DNA from: the human T2T-CHM13v2.0 reference genome, Homo sapiens
Length of the DNA: 64,000 nt
Strand: one strand, 5' to 3'
Assembly (NCBI RefSeq): GCF_009914755.1
Contig: NC_060925.1
Shown: in pieces, positions 57,201 to 64,000 of the stretch
How the letters are laid out: each line of letters opens with the position of its first letter
How positions within the stretch are numbered: the stretch's first letter is position 1
The notes under the pieces: model-generated
The model's database searches: none
Seen by the model: the letters and a program-made list of their open reading frames with translations, nothing else
Told to the model about the DNA's origin: nothing
Made by a program: the position numbers and the translations under genes

Positions 57201-59950
57201 TCATTCACCAGGTCCAATCAGCAAAATGTGATTAATGTAATGGGCCAGTGTGATATCTTGTGGGAGAGAAAGGTGATCAAGATCCATGAAAACTAAATTA
57301 TGACATAGAACTGTAGAGTTGACATACCCTTGAGGTAGGAGAGTGAAAGTATGTTGCTGGCCTTGCCAACTAAAAGCAAACTGCTTTTCTGGTCCCTTCT
57401 GCTAGTTCCCATGGACAGGGATGATGAAAAAGCCATTTCCCAGATCAATAGCTGCATATCAGTGCCAGGAGATAGTTGATTTTCTCAATAAATGGAACCA
57501 TATCTGGTACAGAATCTGCAATTGGAGTCACCACTTGGTTAGGTTTATGATAATCCACTGTCTTTCTCCAAGACCTGTCTATCATGGGCCAAACAGGATA
57601 GTTGAATGGAGATATGGTGGAAATCACCATGCCTGCATCTTTTAAGTTTCTGAGAGTAGCACTAATTTCTGCATGTAGAATTGCTTCTGATTTGCTATTT
57701 TTCTAAGTAGAGGTAGTTCTAATGACTTCAATTTGGCCTTTTCTATCATAATAGCCCTCACTTCACAGGTCAGAGACTGAATGGAGGAATTCTGCCTGCT
57801 ACTAAATATGTCTATTTTAATTATGCATTCCAGAACTGGAGAAAAAGAAAAACACAGGATAGGTTCAAGGACCCATTGGACTCACTGTGAGACAAATCTG
57901 AGCTAAAACTTTATTGATCATCTGACTTCCACAAGCCCCTACTCTAATGAGAAGACCACTGTGATGTTTTAGGTCTCCTGTAATCAGTGGATAGACAAAT
58001 CCAGCGTCCAGTAGACCCAAAAGGTCTGATTATTTGCTTTTCCCCAGTGTACAGTTATCCTTGTAAAAGGCCATAGGTCCCTTTGAAGAAGGATAGGAGA
58101 AAGATTTAACAGTATAAATTTTTAGTATTATGCTGTGGTTCTTCCAGGGGTCCTAACATCCCCTTCACTCATAAGGTTCCAGGTCTGTAAACTGGCTCAT
58201 CTGGGAATTGATTGAGGGGCCACATCTCTCTGTTTTTATGATTTGAGTTAGACTTTTGTTTTTTGGCCTAGAAATGTTCTGCTTATACAGATCAATTAAG
58301 AATTTGGTAGGCTTCCTATCTATTTCACTTTGAGAAACATCATGATTAACTAGCCAACACCATACGTCTCCTGGAGTCAGACTATTCTGGTTGCTGCTTT
58401 GACTCTGCTGTTCATTATAATAACCATGCCCACTTTGCCTTTGGTGGTTAAGTGCCACTACCATCACTTGATTCCTGCCATATTCTGGGATCTAGAATTG
58501 CTTCTGATTTGTTATTTTTCTAAGTAGAGGTAGTTCTAATGACTTCCATTTGGCTTTTTCTATCATAATAGCCCTCACTTCACAGGTCAGGGGATGAATA
58601 GAGGACTTCTGCCTGCTAAATATGTCTATTTTAATTATGCATTCCAGAACTGGAGAAAAAAAATGGGATCTAGAAAATCCCATTGCATTTAGGTTTTCCA
58701 GTCGAATGACTGTGGTTCCCATTGTGAGGTGGAGCCTACAAAAAAGAGCAACCACAAAGCTTGACAAAGATGCTGGGTATCTCCTCAACATTTATTTATT
58801 TATTTATTCAAAGTATTTCTCAAAGTATTGGTGAAAGGTATGTCTTCTGGACCCTTTCAGCATAGGTGAGTAAGGTAAATGACAAATCCACTCCAATCTT
58901 CCAATCTCCTTAAGCCTTTGAATTTCTTCCTCTCTATTAAACTAAGGGAGGTCAGGCATTTCCAATTCATTTATGGTGGACCATCTTTTCATCTTTGCTT
59001 CACCCTACCAGTTAGAGCCCTTTCTGCCAAGCCACAATATTGAATGCAGAATCTCTGCTTACTGAGCCCATATCAATAAATTCAGCCTGATCCAATTTTA
59101 TGTTCCTTCTACCATTTTTCCACACCCTTAATTCCCACATATGTTCCACATCCATAATTCCCATACATGTTTCCTGGATTTCTGCTTGTATGAACTAATA
59201 ACCTCAAGTAGTTGTTTTGGAATTCAGTGCGCCCTGTTATGGGTCATACTTTGTACCTCACCTTTAGGGCCCTGCTGGGACTTGAGTCCAGTCATAGGTC
59301 TAGAAGCAAAGAGGAGTGGTCATGGTGAGTCCTGCGGAGAATCAGAATTGTCTTGCATGGCAGTTCTCTCAGGGGAGGCCCTTACCATTTTCTCAAGCAA
59401 TGCAGGGTTAAACCCCTCAGACAGAGGTGGACAGGCCAATACCTCTGACACTGGGGAGGCTGCTGTCAGTAGGGCTGGGGAGGCCTCTTCTACTGGGGCT
59501 GGGGAGACATCTCCCTCTGGCAAAGAAGGTTCATCAGAATTTAGGGGCTCAGTAACTCCAGGTTCATCAGGGTCTTCCCACATGGCCCCATCTCAAATTA
59601 TGGATCCCATTCTTTCTCAATCAATGCCCTCACTTTAACAGTAGACACCCTGGGAAGCTGGGATTTCAACTTGTGCTGTAATTTAGCCAATCATCAGATG
59701 AGGTTCTGCATTCAGCTTTCAGCATTTTCAGCCCTGTAACTATTGGAGATAAGGTTGTCCTTCAGGGCACACCTGGAAGCTCTTAGGTCATTTGTGATTC
59801 TTCACCTGGGAATTCAACTCCCTGAACTGAACTCATTTCTTTTTTTTCCACCACATATCCAGTAACATTAGGAGCAACCAACCAGCATCACTATATTCCT
59901 TATTTTTCCATAAATGTTCAAAAGTATCATATAGAGAGTCACTTAGCTCA
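54225..59950 (-). mobile_element. ERV-L (MLT2-associated) internal region with decayed gag-pol
   Basis: gag-like WEDPDEPGVTEPLNSDEP; RT-like SPFNYPVWP..DRSWRKTVDYHKPNQ; RNase H-like HVNDHQK..EENFNNQVD; dUTPase-like GEMLSPGDIMMIPLN; no matching 5' LTR seen. Confidence 0.85.
58493..58660 (+). repeat. Copy of 57676-57846 inserted within the ERV-L
   Basis: TAGAATTGCTTCTGATTTG...CCAGAACTGGAGAAAAA twice; about 9 differences by hand count. Confidence 0.95.
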
Positions 59951-60203
59951 CAACACAATACCTACTAGTGAGTAGTCTTTAGCACCATGTACAATACAGA
60001 AGATCCTGCTTCACCTCTGGCCTCACACATTGGACAGGGAGAGGGACAGGGTACTTCATCCACTGGCAGCCAGTTTATAGATTGAAAACCTTGCTCAAAA
60101 AGGAGAGCTGTCCAATAAGAGTCTTTCTCCACAGAATCTGAATGAAGAAAAAGGAAACAGTCAGGTAGCCACAGAAAATAAATGTGATAGGTATTTGGGA
60201 AAA

Positions 60204-61265
60204 TGTAATTAAAAAGAAAACTTTCTCCCTACCGAGAAATCTTCTCCCTAAAGATAGTTGAAGGGGGAAAAAATAGCACTTTTATTATTGAATAAGTATT
60301 GGCAAAAAACAGAACTTCAACAAATTTAGTTTAAAGATTGAATTGGCTTTTATTAGCAATTCATGAATCAGGCAGCATCCTATCTAAAAATAGAGGAAGC
60401 TCTGTTGGGTAAGGTGGAACAGTTGGTTTTTGTAAGGTGCTATCTTGCAGAATAAGGAAACAATAATACAGAAAAGTGGATTGGTTAACATCAGGTTACT
60501 TTAGGTTACTTTCATTCTTTCCTATAGTGCTGGCTCAGGTTGGCTGAGCCCTTTCTGACTGGTTGCTGTGAATCTCTTGTTTGATTATGTGGCACTTAGC
60601 GTGAATGACTCCATTTTGGTTTGGTCTGTTGAGGCCCAGTGCAGAAGCTCAATCTAAACCTACAGCCTTCCATAAATTTTATTTAATAGCATTAAACCAG
60701 AATGTAATGTGCACCACTAGGAGATTGCAAAGACAGAAAGAAATCTCACATTTTTATATAGCCATTACGTATGTGTTTTCAAGGTAAGCAATAACTAGTC
60801 TTCAAATAAGAGGACTTGACAGCACCAACTGTCACACAAAGTTCATCCTAACTTTACCTAGGCATGGGGCTGACCACCTGTATTAGCTAATTGGCTTTAT
60901 CCAAAGGAAGAAACCAACTTCTCATGTCTTATATTGGGAGGCAGTTTTGCAACTTGGAGCAAGATACTCACTGAAGTCAGACTTCTACCCTGACACAGAA
61001 ACTGGGAGATGGGGGTGCTAAGTCCTTTGATGTTTACATTTCAAAGAGATGGCTGCCAGGTCCTTGGGAAAGACATTCCAGGATAACAAAGCTGAGGAAA
61101 GTCCTACCTAATCTTCAAAAGGATTTAAATACATTTCAAAGGGAGAAGAAAATACTTACAACTAGAAGTTTTCTAAGGTAAATGCTTAAAGAAAAAGGAA
61201 GAGAGGAAAATCTCTTTTCTTATTTTCAAGAGGAATAATTAAGCCTTTTAATTTTAGTTTGTACA
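60204..61265 (-). mobile_element. ERV1 LTR (MER67-like) with a nested LTR
   Basis: ttattgaataag...gcattaaaccagaatgt continuity across the insert; the right end resembles a reverse MER67 5' end. Confidence 0.55.
60298..60688 (-). mobile_element. MER57-like ERV1 solo LTR nested in the outer LTR
   Basis: rc reads TATTAAATAAAATTTATGGAAGGC...CAACAGACCAAACCAAAATGGAGTCA. Confidence 0.65.
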
Positions 61266-62086
61266 TAGTAAGTCCTCAATTAATGTAGTGGATAGGTTCT
61301 TGGAAACTGACTTTAAGCAAAATGATAATGAAACCAATTTTACCATAGGCTAATTAATATAAAAAAAGAGTTAAGTTTCTGTGACTTTTCTGGTCACAAA
61401 AACATTACCAAACCTCTAACAAAAGACTGAAAATACTTCTAATATTAAACCTTGAAATAAATGAGAGCTACACATACATTTAAGAAAGATCAATAAAAAC
61501 AGGTAAGATAATTATTTACCCAATTTCTGGAATCAGTGAGTGAAGGCAACCATAGGTAGTTTCAATCAAGGAATAAATGTTTTCACAGCTAAAATCATAA
61601 GGAGCACCCCCAGTCACCACGTGGCTTAAAAAACCAACAATCACATATGGCGGCTCACTGAGTGCTTTATTGCTGCATCCTTTATTGTTGTGCCTTTGTA
61701 TGATTATTGTATACTTTACACATTTTTCTTTGGCAATGACTTATGTTTACTCATTTACTCATTTTCCAACCCATTCATTCCAGTTCAGGGTCATGGGTGG
61801 CTGTGAAGCCCATCCCAGCAGCTCAGGACTCAAGGCCAGAACCAGCTCAGGACAGGACACCATCCCATTGCAGGGTACAGTCACACACACACACCCACTC
61901 TCACTCACACTGGGACCACATAAACACACCGTTCCACTCCACGATGTGAGAGGAAACGCGAGTATCCAGAGCAAACCCATACAGACAAGCGGAGAATGTG
62001 TAAACTCCACAGAGAGTGGCCCCAGATGGGAATCTATTTTTTTCTTCCAATGTTAAAATGAAACAAAGTTATGCTAGGAGCCGCTG
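61266..62086. mobile_element. MER6-like TcMar-Tigger DNA transposon
   Basis: AGTAAGTCCTC...GATAGGTTCTTGGAAACTG start; internal ggacaggacaccatcccattgcaggg; ...GGAGCCGCTG end. Confidence 0.8.
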
Positions 62087-62924
62087 CATTTTCATGAAAA
62101 GGTTCTGTTGTAGAGGCTGGAGGGGTCATGAGAAACCTGTGTGAGCTGGAGTTACGTGGTAACACAAACAACGAATAAGCAGAAACTATAAGGTAGATAG
62201 AAGACACCTATCTCAAGATCCATATAAAGATCTATAATTGAGAGAGTGCTAATAGAGATGCATGAGAAGCAGGCATGTGCCAAGCCACTGAGACTATCTG
62301 AGCAAATTCACCACTTTGCTGTTGCAGTTGCCTTCAACACGGAACCACCGCTTTCCAGGCTTGGCTGTCCAGATACCCCTGAGCTCCCCTGTGTATATAT
62401 TATCACAACAACCACCACTCCTTCCTCCATATACATGCAATTACTTGAAGGAGCATGAGGTAGGTCTTCATTTCATGGCTAAAAAAGCACTTGCTTAAAA
62501 CATGATGGAAACAGTTTTTCCTGAAGGGCTTTCTGGAAAACCTGGGATGCTACTGCGCTGAACACACTGTCATCCAGATAAAAGTGACTCTTCCTGGGGA
62601 GCCTTGAAATCCAGAACATGGGAAGGTCATTCTGTGGATTCAGGATCACTCTGACAATACTAAAAAGGGCCTACACAGTGTTATATGCATGCAAATAAAT
62701 GTCCTCGGGTGCAGGAAGGACATTTATACTAGCTCTGGTTTGTGAAAGGCAATCTTTGATTGTCTTAAACAAAGGGTTTTTTTGTGTTGTTGTTTTTTGT
62801 TTTGTAAGATTCTTGGAATCTGCAACTCTAAGCAAAATGACATGTGATGACCTTGGCTATATGTTGTTGGTAAGACCTCCTTGGTAAGAATTTAATAGAA
62901 TTAGCCTTTGTGCAAGGTATTCAT

Positions 62925-63160
62925 CTGTTCGTCTGTTGCTTTGCTTATTTGTTCAACCAACCAACAATTTCCAGGCCATGCAGGGTTCTATGCTGAGAAC
63001 ACAACAGCTGATAAGCTAGACCAGGGCCCTGCTGTTGAGGCACTTATATCCCACTGGGAGACAGAAAACAAGCAGAGGCATATAAAGACAATATATCAGC
63101 TGCAAAGTTCAGGGGGAAATAAAGCAAGGGAGGGTGGATACTATCTCAGACACTGTTCAG
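62925..63160 (-). mobile_element. L2 fragment
   Basis: ttgttcaaccaacc...atgctgagaacaca...ggccctgctgttgaggcactta. Confidence 0.55.
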
Positions 63161-64000
63161 GGAGATCACATATTATCTTGTGTTCATTATCACTTAGGCC
63201 AGCAGTATGAGCTAAAACGTGGCAAATAACATTTTTTCCAAGGGTCAGAAAGAAAGAAAGCACTGTAGATGACTGGAGTTGGTTTCTCTAAAGAAGTAAA
63301 TATGAAAATTTCCTTTCTGGGCTACAGAGGTGTGGCAGCTTTTAAGAACCTTTTCTCTAGCTTCCCTCAGAGATCACTTAAAGAAGCTAAATGAGGTATC
63401 TAGTCTTTGTCATTCCTATTAAAGATCCTTCATCACCGAAGGACCCCTGACACATCTTTCAAAAGTGATCCAGTCATAATGCCCTACAGGAGGGCAGTGC
63501 TGCCAAATGGGGAGAGCATCAGTCTAGCCACCCAGAGACCCCAGTCCTATTCCAGATTGATGCCAGATACTTATTTTTATCCTTATATGATGTGTCTGGT
63601 CCACCTGAAGTCTCAGTATCAGTCTCAAGTAGATGAGATCAGGGAGTTCAATGCTGTGCTTTGTGTGAACTTCAATACAGTGAATGCAAAACCACTTCTG
63701 GGGTTGTAATGCAGCTGATTTCATGCATGCCTGCTTCATACATGTCTGCTTAACAAGTAAGATCAAATCAAATCAAATTATTTAGTAACAGCACTGACTT
63801 CCTTGTCCTTGATAGGCTTCTCTTTGAAGCAAACAAAGTGGAAGAAATGGTGATATGATTTCTGTTGTAAACTGTCTCGTACTCTATTTGGTGAAAGTGA
63901 ACTGCTTTTTATAAAATAAATGGCTAGGGTTGGGGAGTTTCGATATAACTCTTAAAGGTAAAGGTTTTGCGTCCCTGGAATGAAACGCTCAATAAAGCTA

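Noticed and set aside
62689-62696. Octamer ATGCAAAT
   Set aside because: A single 8-mer is expected about twice by chance on both strands, and there is no adjacent SOX site.

Overview
Primate (very likely human) intergenic or intronic DNA, dominated by transposable elements. No host protein-coding gene can be supported; the ORFs with recognisable protein similarity are fragments of L1, ERV, SVA or Alu elements. Main elements: a young 5'-truncated SVA with a perfect TSD (19122-19704); a CpG-rich MER52-type LTR fragment (27228-28415) abutting a near full-length, decayed L1PA7-like element (28416-34826, minus); a two-LTR HERV-H/LTR7 provirus (37321-43316, plus) with a His PBS and major splice donor; a MaLR with internal sequence (48433-50515); an MLT2/ERV-L remnant (53437-~59950, minus); and many Alus, MaLR LTRs, L2s, MIRs and a MER6. 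The most unusual signal is four independent 140-230 bp direct copies of nearby sequence, with donors 0.24-2.7 kb away. Three are bracketed by 12-13 bp target-site-like duplications, three have junction microhomology, and none has a clear poly(A) tail. Also notable are a 131-bp block that is identical between the otherwise ~6% diverged HERV-H LTRs, and a probable deletion at the MER52/L1 junction. Subfamily names come from remembered consensus sequences and all counts are by hand; confirm with RepeatMasker/Dfam.
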